Source: Paraspadella gotoi (taxonomy: Eukaryota > Animalia > Chaetognatha). Taken from it: 64,000 nucleotides of DNA. The notes under the pieces are model-generated. The model had not been told where the DNA came from and did no database searches. It worked only from the letters and a program-made list of their open reading frames with translations. Within the stretch, counting starts at the first letter, position 1. Each line of letters begins with the position of its first letter. Position numbers and translations under genes: made by a program. This document shows positions 37,682 to 50,579 of this stretch, piece after piece. The DNA lies in assembly GCA_051294375.1 (NCBI GenBank), contig CM119267.1:22817486-22881485 (forward strand). The letters are read 5' to 3'.

Positions 37682-40304
37682 TTACTACTACTACTACTAA
37701 CTTTTATGACCCAATTGTGTGTTGTTATTTTTTCTCTCTCCTTGATTGTCTTTCCACTCAAACAAATTTCTTTCCGTTAAATATTTCTATGGATTTCATC
37801 TCTTCATCCACTTTTTTAAAGTCGATAGTCGATCGTGCTCTTGACTCTCATTTGCATACTGCAGTCCTTATTAGAATAAATCATTAACTATTTCAATGTA
37901 TATTTTTAGGTTAAATATTATTAAAAACAATTTTAGTTGGTGAAAAACAAGTTGTAAATATTTACTTGTTTACTCTTTTTTTGCGATTTCATTGTTGCTT
38001 GTTTGGGGGTGGTTTTAAATTTTCACCGAGCGGTGACGCACAACCGTAGAACATAAAATGCAGATATTCGCGTTAATTGGTAAAATCGTATGATGGTGTT
38101 TCTATTTATTGGTGATGTAGGAATTATTTTCACTCTTACACTTACTTGATATAGTTACGTGATATATACACTGTACTCTTACACTTACATTATATAGTTT
38201 TTGTGTATCTGTACTCTTACACTTACGTGATATAGTGTTTTGTATTTCTGTTAGCGTCTCATTTCGTTTTTAGCGTCTCTTTGTCTGTTTTTATTAGCGT
38301 CTTTTTCTGTTGATCTGCTGCTTATATTTATATATATATTTATATTATATATATATCATTAACACTTTAAAATATATATTTTAGTTATATGTTATACACC
38401 ATGCATTAAATACTTATGACTTTTTATAAAAAAAAACCTTGAATATTAAACACTTTTATAATGTTTTAGTTATATTTTTTGCTCTCAAGTTTTTCATTAA
38501 TGCTTTATATTTTTGTTTTTGTTTTCATATTTTTTGTTTTTGTTTTTACGCATTATCTTTGAACGTTTTATTAACATTGTTTTTCGTTTATGCTTTATAT
38601 TTTTTGTTTTTGTCTTTGTTGTCATATTTTTGTTTCTATTTTTACGCATTATCAAAAAATAAAAAATTATAAATTTAAAATAAAAACTATTGCTTCTCTT
38701 GACATTTGACATTTTTCGTTTTTTAGTTTTTTCCGTTTTCTGATTTTTACATTTGATCCTTGAACGTTCTTGAACGTTATTTTATATAGTTCTTTATGAA
38801 TAGTTCATAACATTTATTATGATTTATAAACGTTAGTGTCTTTTGTTTTATGAATTTCAATATGTAGTTTAGTTTTACTTGTTTTCCAGTCTTTTAAACG
38901 TTAGTGTCTTTGTTTTTTTTATTGAATTTCAATACATAGTTTAGTTTTCCAGTCTTTTACGCTGTTACTGTTTATGATTATGTCAATACTGTTTTTGTAT
39001 TAATTAAAAAAAATCGTTTGTTTGTACCGTCTCGTTACTTCTGAATGAATAATGAGCCAAAGTTAAAGTCAAACGCTTTCTCTTTTACGCATAACACTCT
39101 CTCCTTCACATCAAACCCTTTCTCCTTCTCTCTCCTCTCCTCGCTTCAATAACCCTTCTCCCCTCTCTCCTCCCTTCCCTCTCTCTCTCTCGCTCTCTCT
39201 ACTCTCTCTTCTCTCCTCCTCTCTCTCTCTCTCTCTCTCTCCTCGAATATTCCCTCCACTCTTCCTCTTAAGATCGAGGAATCTTCGATCGTCGCCTCCA
39301 GATGCGACGAAAGTCTGCGACGACGACGACGACAACGACAAACACTCGAGTCTATCGTCGTGGATCAAAGTGGGCGAACATCCTTGGCGACACAGTGGAT
39401 GATGATGACGATGACGACGACGATGATGATGACAATAGTACTGATGACAATAATGATGACGATACCGATAATGACGATAATGATTCTGACGGTGACTATG
39501 ACGATGACGAAAACTACGCTGATAATGATGATGGTATAGCTGGTGATATCAACTGACGTAATTCTGAACAGTGACGATATTTCTGAAAATTCCGGTGTTA
39601 ATATGTACTTTTATTCGTATTAGGATTTAGATACAATAACAAACAAAACATAAATCCATACAAAAATTTAAATAATGGCGAATATCGTATTTGTGAATCG
39701 TGAAACGATGATGATGATGATGATGATGATGAAGATGACGATAATGATCGCATCGAATGCTATATATAGTTGAAGCGACTCCCAGTCTTATGGCGACAAC
39801 CGACGATAACGATGATAAAAATGAAGACTGTAATGAGAATGATGGCGACCAAGCCATCGCAATGTCCCCCTTTTATTGGACAGCCTCTGTCATTAATCTA
39901 ATGACGATGACAAGAAGCTTCGATTTCGAAAACGACGACGACGACGACGATGAAGACGACGACGATCAAGACGACGATTGCAACGTTAATCAAAAAACCC
40001 GATCGTGACGACGTCGATGTTCACAACGGGATCTTTTCACAAAAGCCGCCATCTCGCATCTCACAAGACGCTTTTTCTTTCTTTTGGAAATATCCGCGAC
40101 CTGCCATTCACGTGAGTCCAGACGAAAGACGAGGACACAAAAGATTTTCCCCTTTTTATTGAGTTTTCTCCATCTTTTTTTTTNNNNNNNNNNNNNNNNN
40201 NNNNNNNNNNNNNNNNNNNNNNNNNNNNNNNNNNNNNNNNNNNNNNNNNNNNNTTCATCGACGAGGTCTCTCTCTCTTCCTCTCCTCTTTCTCTCTCTCT
40301 CTCT

Positions 40305-40353
<49 letters not shown>

Positions 40354-42926
40354 CTCTCTTTGCCATTGTCCCTTTCAATTGAAAAAAAAACCTTATCAGG
40401 TTTTCCACGGACCACGGGACCGTAATTAAGAGATAGCAGGTTGTTCATTTTCCTTCCTCGCCTTTCATTCGCTCTCTCTCTCTGTCTCGTTCTCTGTCCC
40501 GCCGACCAAATAAAATGAGAGGACAAAAAGGGAGAAAGAGAGAGAGTGAGTTTTATTTGACAGGAACCGTCGTCTGGCCGTCTTCTTATTTTGCTTTTCT
40601 TTCTTTCTTTCTTTCTTTTTTTGGTCGTTATTTCTTGTTTTCTTTTTTCATTGCCCTTACCTTTGTTTCAACTCTGTCTTACAGATTTGCAGACAAAGGT
40701 CTGTCACTTAGCTCCGTCCAATAGTTTCGACAATTACGCCGGTTCCTCGTTTTTTTTTTCCAATTCGAANNNNNNNNNNNNNNNNNNNNNNNNNNNNNNN
40801 NNNNNNNNNNNNNNNNNNNNNNNNNNNNNNNNNNNNNNNNNNNNNNNNNNNNNNNNNNNNNNNNNNNNNNNNNNNNNNNNNNNNNNNNNNNNNNNNNNNN
40901 NNNNNNNNNNNNNNNNNNNNNNNNNNNNNNNNNNNNNAAAAAAAAAAAAAATATTAAAAAAAATAAATCGCGCGGATAAATTAGTTACATAATTGTTTTG
41001 GAAAGATAATGAGACATAATATTGTCTTTTCTCAACTCAAATTGACAGGAAATCCGTTGTACCCGAGTACAGAAGACACCGGTTTTCGCGCCTTTTCTCC
41101 GCCGCGGGGAATTGGTTACTCTCGGATACGAAAATGAAGACAACATGCTATAGAATAAATTATGATTTATTAACAGTTTTCTGCATTTATTTAACTAATT
41201 ATATGTAATATTAAATTTAAACAATTTAAACAACAAAAAATAGAAAAGAAAACCGACTTTGTAGTCTTCCACCGCTTTAGTTTCTTGGCCACTCGCCAAC
41301 CTAAAAAAAAAAAGAAAATTCCATTCCATCGGATTCCTTTTTTCTGTTCTCTCTCTCTCTCTCTCTCTNNNNNNNNNNNNNNNNNNNNNNNNNCAATAAA
41401 AAACAACAAAAAACAACACAAAATAACAAAATAAAAAAAAAAACACAACAAACAAAAACACATAAAAAAAGCAAACAAAACAAAAGAAAAAACAACAAAA
41501 AAGCAAAAAAAAAAAAAAAAAAAAACAAAAAAAAAAAAAAAAAATAAAAAGTTTCATATTAGTATAGTTTTTTCGTATTTATTTATTTAGTTTATTTAAA
41601 AGAGAAATGGAACCTTTAAAGATTATTTTCTTCCTTGTTACTCCCCTCCTCTTCAACTGGCTCTGGTATTTTATCGAGAGAGATATTTTTTGATATTTCA
41701 CATTCATGCCGATTTGTCCTAATTCGGTGTATTTTTCGCTTTATGCTTGTAATTTATTGAGGTAGGTTTACCTCCATCCCGCTATCAATGATCAATATAT
41801 CAATAGGCTAATGATCGAGAGGAAGTGTGGGCATACGTTTGAAAAGAGTTAAAGGAAGAAGAGAGAGAGAGAGAGAAGAGAGATGAGAGCTGAAAGGAGG
41901 ACGAATAGAGAGAGCAGGAGGGAGAGTATGATGGGAACCAAAAAAGAAGGGGCGCATGAATGTCTTTATCGCGTTGAGGTGAGCTAAAGTAATTTCAAAG
42001 ATTTATTAAAAATATAAAAAGTATTGGCAACAGCCGTGGTTGCCTGTGTTGTGATGCCCATTGGGCATGGGCCAATCTCTCTGTTGTCTTTGGGGGCTTC
42101 CGACCCTCAGTGGACGCCTCAGTCACTGGCGCGCGTGGTTACCTTGGACGGTCTCGCTTGCAACGCAGAGGGAAGTCGTTAGGCATGGTTGTGTCTCCCC
42201 CTAATTGAGCCAATGGTATTGGTCTGAACGCATTGGTGGATGTTTAGCGTTGCGAATATTACCTACCGCCACAAAAGATTGATATTAATATGAAAATCTT
42301 TACTAAAAAGGTGAACCAAAACTTGATTATTTATAAAGTTTCACTGCTCAAAACTCCTTTAGTGACCTCTTTCACAAGGAACAATTTTAATTAATTTAAT
42401 GATCAAGATTTTAACCCCGTGTGACACCGTTTTCCCCCCCCCCCCACCTTCTCTCGTCTCCAGGTGGACGACGTCGCGAATGATTGACAGTCCGCCCTAC
42501 TTCGATCATCACCTCACGAGTGGTATGAGCGACCGACGGCGGGTGTGCGAAGGCTTCCTCCCACTTTTTACAAAACACCAAGATCACGTGGACGGCGGTT
42601 GGAGAGGGGTTCAGCGCCAGGCGGCCTCCTCCCCAGGGCTTGTGGCTACGCGGCTGGACTCGTCGGGCGGTCGCTTACCATCGGAGCCTTCCTGGGGCAG
42701 CGGCCTGAAGATCCTCTCGGGAGGGTGGGTGTTCTGTTTGACGATGGCTTTCTGTATTAAGGAAACGTTGTTCAGCAGCATTGGAAACCAAAATATTTCA
42801 TCCATGATTATAATCATTAATGAACGTTAATTATGCAAGTAGAAAACTGGTTCAAATCTTCCTTGTCTTAAGTAGCATCGGGCTTTGAGAGAGAGAGAGT
42901 GAGTGAGAGTGAGTGATGTAGAGTGA

Positions 42927-42959
<33 letters not shown>

Positions 42960-44041
42960 TGAGAGATGAGCGTGGGATGTTCTGCTTTTCTCGATCGATT
43001 ATATTTACTAAAACGCATCGAATTTTTATTATTATATATAACAATTATCCACATCTTTTTGGCTTTTTTATTTTGTAGTTTTTTCGTTTTGTTTTTTTTC
43101 TTGTTTTGTCTAGCAGGCGTGCCGAAAAAAAGAAAGACGCCTCTTGGTCAGCTTTGATCATGTTCAATCAGTCCGTATTATCAAATACCAATCTATTCTT
43201 TTTAAACTGACCGAAACAAATGGTTAATGTTTTTTTTTAAATTAAAAGATCCCTCGATTTCGTACATATTTATGTCTGTTTATCTGTGATAATTTTATTA
43301 TTAGTTCATTATGACCGTTTTACGGGTTGTAATCTTGAAATTTTTTTCACCGTTCATAAAATCTCTTCGTCTTCTTTATGATTGTTGGATCGTGTCTGTA
43401 AAATTTTCTTTTTATTTTCCTCCTTTTTTTTCCATCCCAGGAATAAAGCAGGAGCATACTGCCTATCGTAAGCGGCATAGCGCGCATAGGCGCGGACATA
43501 GACACTTTTTTTTCCGTCTTAACAGATTAAATTTAATACTCCTATGAATGCGGTCAACTCGCTTTAGATTTTTTTATTTTTTTAATTTTTCTCGATTCGA
43601 TTTTTTGTAACTTACGATTTCTAGGGGAAAGTGAAAAGTATATAATTAAAAAAAGCATTGCGATTATTGATAGGGGTTGTTTTTCATTTTTTATGCCCAA
43701 AAATATTAGCCAGATATCTAAGCTAAAGTGAAAACATTTTATCGGGGGAAATATCTTAAGCTTAGCTCGTCTTTACTCCTCATTATTTTATTTTGCGTTT
43801 TCCAGATTCGTTTAAAAACGTATCTAATAATTCAGTTTGCTTCTCGCTGTTGACAATCGTACGTTAAAATATGGCAGCTATTAATTTCTACATTCGATTT
43901 AGTAATTTCTGTGTCAAATAATCATGGTACGATCTCTCCCTCGGAATGGCAACGGCCCAGCCAATCTACAAAGATGACGGGCCAGTTTTGTAATTCGAGG
44001 CAATGTGACGCGTTTAATTGTAAAAAGGAGCAAAGTTACTC

Positions 44042-44100
44042 TTGGCCGGTTCGACGGCCATTTTTAAACTTTTGGCCGGTTCTGAGGCCCATTTTAAATC
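44042..44100 (+). promoter_or_regulatory. Tandem ~30-bp repeat with YY1-like (G)GCCATTTT upstream of the FHIP2 ATG
   Basis: TTGGCCGGTTCgacGGCCATTTTtAAA occurs twice, 125-180 bp before ATG 44224. Confidence 0.35.
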
Positions 44101-44223
44101 GACGCGCGTCTACGATTAGTTACCTCGAGGCTGTCGCGGTCGCCAAGGATCACTCTTCACTTAATCGAAGCTTCCACCTCCGTCAGTCCAACCTCCCCAA
44201 CTCCTTCAACTTCCGTAACGAAC

Positions 44224-44394
44224 ATGTTGAGCCGGGATCTCCAAGTTTCTTCAACCACGCCGATGGAAGCCCTCGCTCACCGCTCAAGGTCGAAGCTCTG
44301 GACGATTTCGAGTTCCACTGGCGGGCCAACACCGGTTATTTTCTCGAGAATCGAGACGCAAAGGCGCCGCTGCACGAAAGACATACTATTCCTG
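44224..44394 (+). CDS. FHIP2A: FHIP2/FAM160B (FHF complex HOOK-interacting protein 2), exon 1, frameshifted by probable sequencing indels
   Basis: Stitching frames gives MLSRISKFLQHAMEALAP.KVEALDDFEFHWRANTGYFLENRDAKAPLHE..IP, resembling the FAM160B1 N-terminus as recalled (MFSKFTSILQHAVEALAP..EDFVYHWKAITHYYIE..KAPV..NIP). Donor G|GTGAGA. Confidence 0.85.
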
Positions 44395-44740
44395 GTGAGA
44401 AGGGGTAAGTGTATGTTCGTTGTCTTATTGATCGTCGCTCTGCGTAGTCTACGAGAAAGAGGCTTGTATTCTGACGTTCTTAATCGTTGTTTAAATATCG
44501 TAAACGGTTCTGATGATATTTTTGAATTAAGGTCGTTGACGACGCTGTGTTGCGGTCATTCCGAAAAGACGTCAAGTAATTTCGATTTTCTCCTGTTGTT
44601 GCCATGTTTTAAATCCATTGCTACGATTTTGATAATTGCAATTTAAAAGTAAAAGAGATAAAAAAATGAAATGATGTATTTTACAAAAGCAATGACCACT
44701 TTATATTGTACATGTCGCCATCTGAATGACATGAACCAAA

Positions 44741-45548
44741 CGCTTTGTCGAATCTCGATTGGATCTATTGGAATGATCCGTTTATAAACATTTGTGGATT
44801 TATTTCATTTCATGTGGTTGTCTTATTTAAATAAAGATTCATTGGATGTTCATTCATTCGCCATTTGAATAATTATTTAATTGATTTTCATTAACTCTTA
44901 TCTCCCCTCAGCTATCATGAGTTTATATGATTATTGATTAATGACTGCCCGGATTCTTGCATATGAGCAACGCCGAGACTCTTTAGCTGCCCCTTTGGTC
45001 TTGCAGCCACAACCATCGACTCTTTAGGTGGATCCGCAAAGGTTTGCCCCCTAACAGTGGTGCATCGGTGATTTAGTGGTAGAATACTTCTCCTGCTACT
45101 TGTGGGTGGCCCGGCGTTTGATTCTTGGGTGGCTGCAAACCAAAGGGCAGCTTAAAGACTCTCGGCATTGCTCTCATATGGCCACTAAGACGCGCGGCAG
45201 CAGGTCATCAAAACAGTTTAATTTAGCCCAGAGTCACTACACTGTTATAACATATATCAAGAGCAGGAAAATACAATTGGAACAGTAGCCACACCTAAGT
45301 GAGCACAAAGGAATCACTAAGAAAACACAAAGAAGTACCCAAACACTCTGCTATAAAATATTAAATCCTTAACTCCATGAAAGCTGAGGGGAGAAAGAGT
45401 AATAAATCAATTAAATAATTATTCAATGGCGAATGAATGAATAATCAATGAATCTTTATTTAAATACGACAATCAATAAGATGAATTTAAATCAACAAAT
45501 GTTTATACGTTATTTCCACAAAGATCCAAATCGAGATTTCACAAGAGT
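44741..45548. repeat. Imperfect long inverted repeat (foldback/MITE-like) in FHIP2 intron 1
   Basis: 44961-45010 is the reverse complement of 45129-45180, and 44741-44925 is the reverse complement of ~45365-45548. Confidence 0.75.
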
Positions 45549-45582
45549 TTGCTTCCTGACGGCTGAACACTTAACAATTCAG

Positions 45583-46290
45583 CGTCACCTAAACTCGGGA
45601 GGCTCAACCTCTTTGTGATTGAAGAATCTCGCTTCCGATCTCCCCTTCCTCTCCTCTCCTCTCCCCCCCTCCCGCCGCCCCATCTCCGGGCACCGGCCCA
45701 CGGGCCCCTGCATGGAGATACCTCCTTCCTAACACAACATCCTCGAGACTCTCCGCGCCCTGCGGCACGGCCGACTGTCCCCCACGCGGCATGCGACAGC
45801 AGATGCTGGACTTTTTTTCGCCAATTGTCGGCCGCGTACCGCCAGCCGATCCTGCCGACAGTTGAGACGTCCCCGTTCCGTCCTCCCGCCTGCTGTGTTC
45901 AAGACTTGCGGGAAATGCCGCGCCGGGTCCGCACGGATCGAGGAGATCTCTTTTCTTGCGGACGATCCGCTCCAGAAGTTGAAGAGGTGATCCTTTATCT
46001 CGTCGACTTTTTGCCTCGAGGGAGCGAAGGTGTCGGCGTGAGAAGGCGGTGGAGAGGAGGCAAGGGGAATAGGGCGGGTCAAGGTGCTAGTACGGCCCCT
46101 CGCACCTCTCGTGCCTCTCTCATGCTCTCCTCTCCTTCTGTCTCTGCGTCCTGTGACTGTTCTCCCGACGCCTCGGATCTCTCACACACACACACAACCT
46201 CTTCTCCTGACCTCGCAAACGGAAGGACCTCAACCTCTCGCGGGTCCCTCGCCCCTACCTTCCCCCCTCGGCCCACTGGGTGGTTGACCG
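45583..46290 (+). CDS. FHIP2A: FHIP2/FAM160B exon 2 (possibly two exons), frameshifted
   Basis: Acceptor ATTCAG. Stitched reading HLN..LFVIEESR...TGPCMEYLLQHNILETL..ADCPPGMRQQMLDFF..RQPILP..KTCG..EEISFL..KLK.DPYLVDF..SPDA matches the FAM160B hallmarks TGPCMEYLL, ADCPPGM.QQ, RQPLLP and DPYLV.FF. The 3' end is approximate. Confidence 0.85.
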
Positions 46291-47779
46291 TGTGTGAGAA
46301 TATCTATCGACGTCTAAAACATGTGAAAAAACTACCAACCAGGCCAAGTTTATGGCACTCAGTCACGATAGACTTATATGATTGATCATGTCTAACCCTT
46401 GCTTTTACTCAGCACGACCAAAGAGAGAGATGAGAGAAAATGATAAATATGATATATGTATGCAGAAACTGAAATATTAATCATAAGAAAAAAGAAGATA
46501 AGATGGAACACCGAAAAAAAAGGGTCAGAAAGAAGTTATCGAGTGTGAGAGATGAGTCTTTCGATCCTCTTTCCATCTTCGAGAGAGAGAGAGAGAGAGA
46601 GAGGATCTTTTTGCCAACAGTTCCTTACGTCTTTTCCTCACTTCACTGTTACTACACTGAATTCGTTTAACAATCGACAATTGGCAATTGTTCTGTTAAA
46701 TTCTTCATCTTTACTTTAGAAATTGTTCCGTCTTAACCTCTTGATTGAGATACTATTGGAAACTTTAAGCGAAAAACTTTTCAAGTCAAGATTTTAAGAT
46801 TTAACGAAAAAGTATTTATTAATAGTTTTTTTAGTTCATAATAACCTGTTGATCTTAATCTCCTTTTTTCTTTCACACATTTTAGTATTATTGATATTTA
46901 GACCGCTTATTATTATCATTATTATTTTTACGATTATCTTCGCCTTAAATTATCTGTTTTCATCGCATCGATTTTTTTTTTCCTTCTGTTTTTCATCTCG
47001 AAGAGAAAAATCGATTTTCACCCACATTTTTTAAATTTTTTTTTCTTCGTTGTTGATTCACTCTCGACTCAACGATCACTCACCAACTCTTATGATCTCC
47101 TTACCTCACCTCTTCCGTTGACCTTTCCTTCTCATCACTCATCTCTCTNNNNNNNNNNNNNNNNNNNNNNNNNNNNNNNNNNNNNNNNNNNNNNNNNNNN
47201 NNNNNNNNNNNNNNNNNNNNNNNNNNNNNNNNNNNNNNNNNNNNNNNNNNNNNNNNNNNNNNNNNNNNNNNNNNNNNNNNNNNNNNNNNNNNNNNNNNNN
47301 NNNNNNNNNNNNNNNNNNNNNNNNNNNNNNNNNNNNNNNNNNNNNNNNNNNNNNNNNAAATTCCTCACCCATTCCTTTTCCTCTTTGACTCTGCGCCTCC
47401 CCAGTTATTTGGCGACAAACCGTCACTCTTCTTTTGACGACGTCGTCGTCTTCATCGTCGTCTTCGTTTTCNNNNNNNNNNNNNNNNNNNNNNNNNNNNN
47501 NNNNNNNNNNNNNNNNNNNNNNNNNNNNNNNNNNNNNNNNNNNNNNNNNNNNNNNNNNNNNNNNNNNNNNNNNNNNNNNNNNNNNNNNNNNNNNNNNNNN
47601 NNNNNNNNNNNNNNNNNNNNNNNNNNNNNNNNNNNNNNNNNNNNNNNNNNNNNNNNNNNNNNNNNNNNNNNNNNNNNNNNNNNNNNNNNNNNNNNNNNNN
47701 NNNNNNNNNNNNNNNNNNNNNNNNNNNNNNNNNNNNNNNNNNNNNNNNNNNNNNCGTCGGTCCGTCGGTCCGTCGGTCC

Positions 47780-48590
47780 GTCTGCCCGACACTTTTTTCG
47801 TCGAGCAATCGTTAAAATTCCCCGATATCGAAGGAGGTCCTGGGTTGGAAAAAGGTGGGTGGAGAGAGGGGGAGGGTAAGGCAGATGAGGGTAAGGTGGG
47901 AGGGAATAGGTCAAGGAGAGAGAGAGAGAGAGAGAGAGAGAGTAAGAGAGAGAGAAAAGAAAGAATTTCTTTCCCCTTTCACTGTAGGATTTCCTCGTTC
48001 ACACAGGGAGGCGGCGATCGAGGCCGAGAGATCGAAAAGGTGAAATATTCACGGATTCCGTTTGGATCGAGGTTACGAGTTTCACAGTGAGAGTTGTTGT
48101 TTTTCTTGTTGGTTTTGATGCTTAGAGTCCTTGGATGGTGGAAAGAGATGAGGAAAAGAAGGGAAAGAAGTAGGAAAGGATGTAGAAAAAAAGTAAAAGG
48201 AAATTAAAAAAAAGAAAGAAAAAAAGAAATGAGAAGATAAAAAAGAGAGGAAAAGCAAACGATAATTAAAAAATAGGAAAAATATAAGAAAAGAAAAGAA
48301 AAGAAGAGAAAAGACAAAGAAAAAAGAAAAAACAAAAAAGAAAAGAAAAAGCCAAGCAAAGAAATCGGAGAGAGAAAAAAAACCCCTAATCCCTTGAAGG
48401 ACAGAAGAGGAAAACGAAGTTTCGTGGTTGATCGATTCTGGAGTGGTCCAGCTCAGGGTGGTGGAGTGGCGAAGGAGGTGGTTTGGTGGGCGGTGGTGGA
48501 CAACTGTGGCGGGAGGCGTGGGTGCTCGACGCCGTCATGGGCGCTTGAGCAATTGGAGGGAACATTAGGGGAGATTTTTTAGGAAGGAAC
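47780..48590 (+). CDS. FHIP2A: Probable further FHIP2 exons (~47780-47853, ~47987-48088, ~48400-48590), error-ridden
   Basis: EQSLKFPDIE..W|GTGGGT resembles PQSVDPLDIE..W. GYEFH/GQ..VSWL..QLWREAWVLDAVMG resembles FPGKR..LSWFD..QL. The order is collinear with FAM160B; boundaries are uncertain. Confidence 0.5.
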
Positions 48591-49103
48591 AATTGACGAG
48601 TCGATTGGGAGGAAAAGGGGAGAAGTTTTTTGTGTGTGGGGGGGGAATGTGTGGGGATTAGGTGGTGGACGAGAGAAGGGGGATAACGACGACAAAAGGA
48701 TCACAACGATTATGACAATAGTCCAAAGAATTTTATTTATATGAGGTGGGAAAATACTAAAAACTTGTTTAAAGGTAATTGTTATGATATTATTATTATT
48801 ATTATTATTATTGTTATCTTATTTGCCGACCAGAATAGTTAGAGCGGTGATATCAAACATGATAGTTTTTGTAACGGATTCACAGATAAGGAGAACAAGA
48901 ACAACGAAACTGCGATAACAAAAACATAAGCCATAAAAACATAAGCACTTAACAATTATGATTACAACGACATTAACTCTGAGGTCGACGACCACTGGAA
49001 TAAAAAACGTTGAGTCGCTGTTGTCCACAGTAATTACGACGACAACAACAACAACCACCACCTTCTTAAGAAAGAAAATAAACCAGAGGAAATAAAACTG
49101 AAA

Positions 49104-49134
<31 letters not shown>

Positions 49135-49789
49135 NNNNNNNNNNNNNNNNNNNNNNNNNNNNNNNNNNNNNNNNNNNNNNNNNNNNNNNNNNNNNNNNNN
49201 NNNNNNNNNNNNNNNNNNNNNNNNNNNNNNNNNNNNNNNNNNNNNNNNNNNNNNNNNNNNNNNNNNNNNNNNNNNNNNNNNNNNNNNNNNNNNNNNNNNN
49301 NNNNNNNNNNNNNNNNNNNNNNNNNNNNNNNNNNNNNNNNNNNNNNNNNNNNNNNNNNNNNNNNNNNNNNNNNNNNNNNNNNNNNNNNNNNNNNNNNNNN
49401 NNNNNNNNNNNNNNNNNNNNNNNNNNNNNNNNNNNNNNNNNNNNNNNNNNNNNNNNNNNNNNNNNNNNNNNNNNNNNNNNNNNNNNNNNNNNNNNNNNNN
49501 NNNNNNNNNNNNNNNNNTAGATCACGGAGCGATCGCCGCGGTTTTTCGAGGCACGGGAGGGTGACACAGTGATCCAAAGAGATCAGAAGGGAACACAAGA
49601 GTGGCACAGTGATCGAGAATGGATTAAAACGTTCGATCTTTTCGCACACAGAGAATTTAGTTTTTATTCATAAGTCGACGTCGTCCGACTGACGTGGCGA
49701 TGACGTAACGATAATGAAAAAAAGTCACGAAAGAGGAATAAAAATGTGAAGAAAAGTGTCACGTGAGAAGTGAAGAGTTGATACTTGTG

Positions 49790-49955
49790 AAGTGAGACGA
49801 TGGGAGACGACCTTGAGGTTCGGTCACAAACGCGGATGACCTTGACGATCGACTCGGAATGTGGATCGATTCGTGAGTCTGTGAAGGTGTGATCCTGTGA
49901 AGGTGGTTGAGGCGGTAACTTCCAAAAAAGCTCACGAAACAATAGAGCGAAGGTC
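49790..49955 (+). CDS. FHIP2A: Probable FHIP2 exon, error-ridden
   Basis: Stitched RMTL.IDSECGSIRESVKV..LKVVEAVLQKAHETIERR resembles [35 protein letters not shown]. Confidence 0.5.
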
Positions 49956-50169
49956 ATTCGAGAAAACATAAAGGTTTTTTCATTGTTTATTGTTATTTTT
50001 TGTTTATTTTCTTTTTAGTCATCTGTTAATTCATTTTTCGGAGAATATTCCTTTTGTTCATTGGGATTTGTTTTTTTCCTGTTTCCTTATGTCATTATAC
50101 AATCACTTGTCTTTTTATAATCTTCACTGCCACCACAAAGTCAGTGCACGTCACTTCCTAATCCGAATT

Positions 50170-50257
<88 letters not shown>

Positions 50258-50579
50258 CGCCACGATATCAAAACCGCTTAGTGCGTCTTCTGATCTTTGT
50301 TGTGAGAGGAAGAGAGAGAGAGAGAGAGAGAGAGATTCCTGATCGCTCTCTATCGCCCCAGAATTCAAATGGAAAGAATCTAATAAAAACTCGAGTCCGA
50401 GTGATAAGACGGAGACAATGACTTAGTTGGAGAGACAGTGAGAGAGAGAGAGAGAGGGAGAGAGAGAGAGAGAGACTGGTTCTACCTCATTTTATTTATA
50501 CTCCAGTCTGTCTCTTTGAACTCTCTCTTCCTCTCTCTCTCTATCTCTTCTCTTCTCTGCTCTCTCTTCGTCTTTCTCA

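Noticed and set aside
39302-40010. Asp-rich ORFs as a biomineralisation-type acidic protein
   Set aside because: They are degenerate (GAT/GAC)n repeats interrupted by stops, with no signal peptide or clear exon structure.
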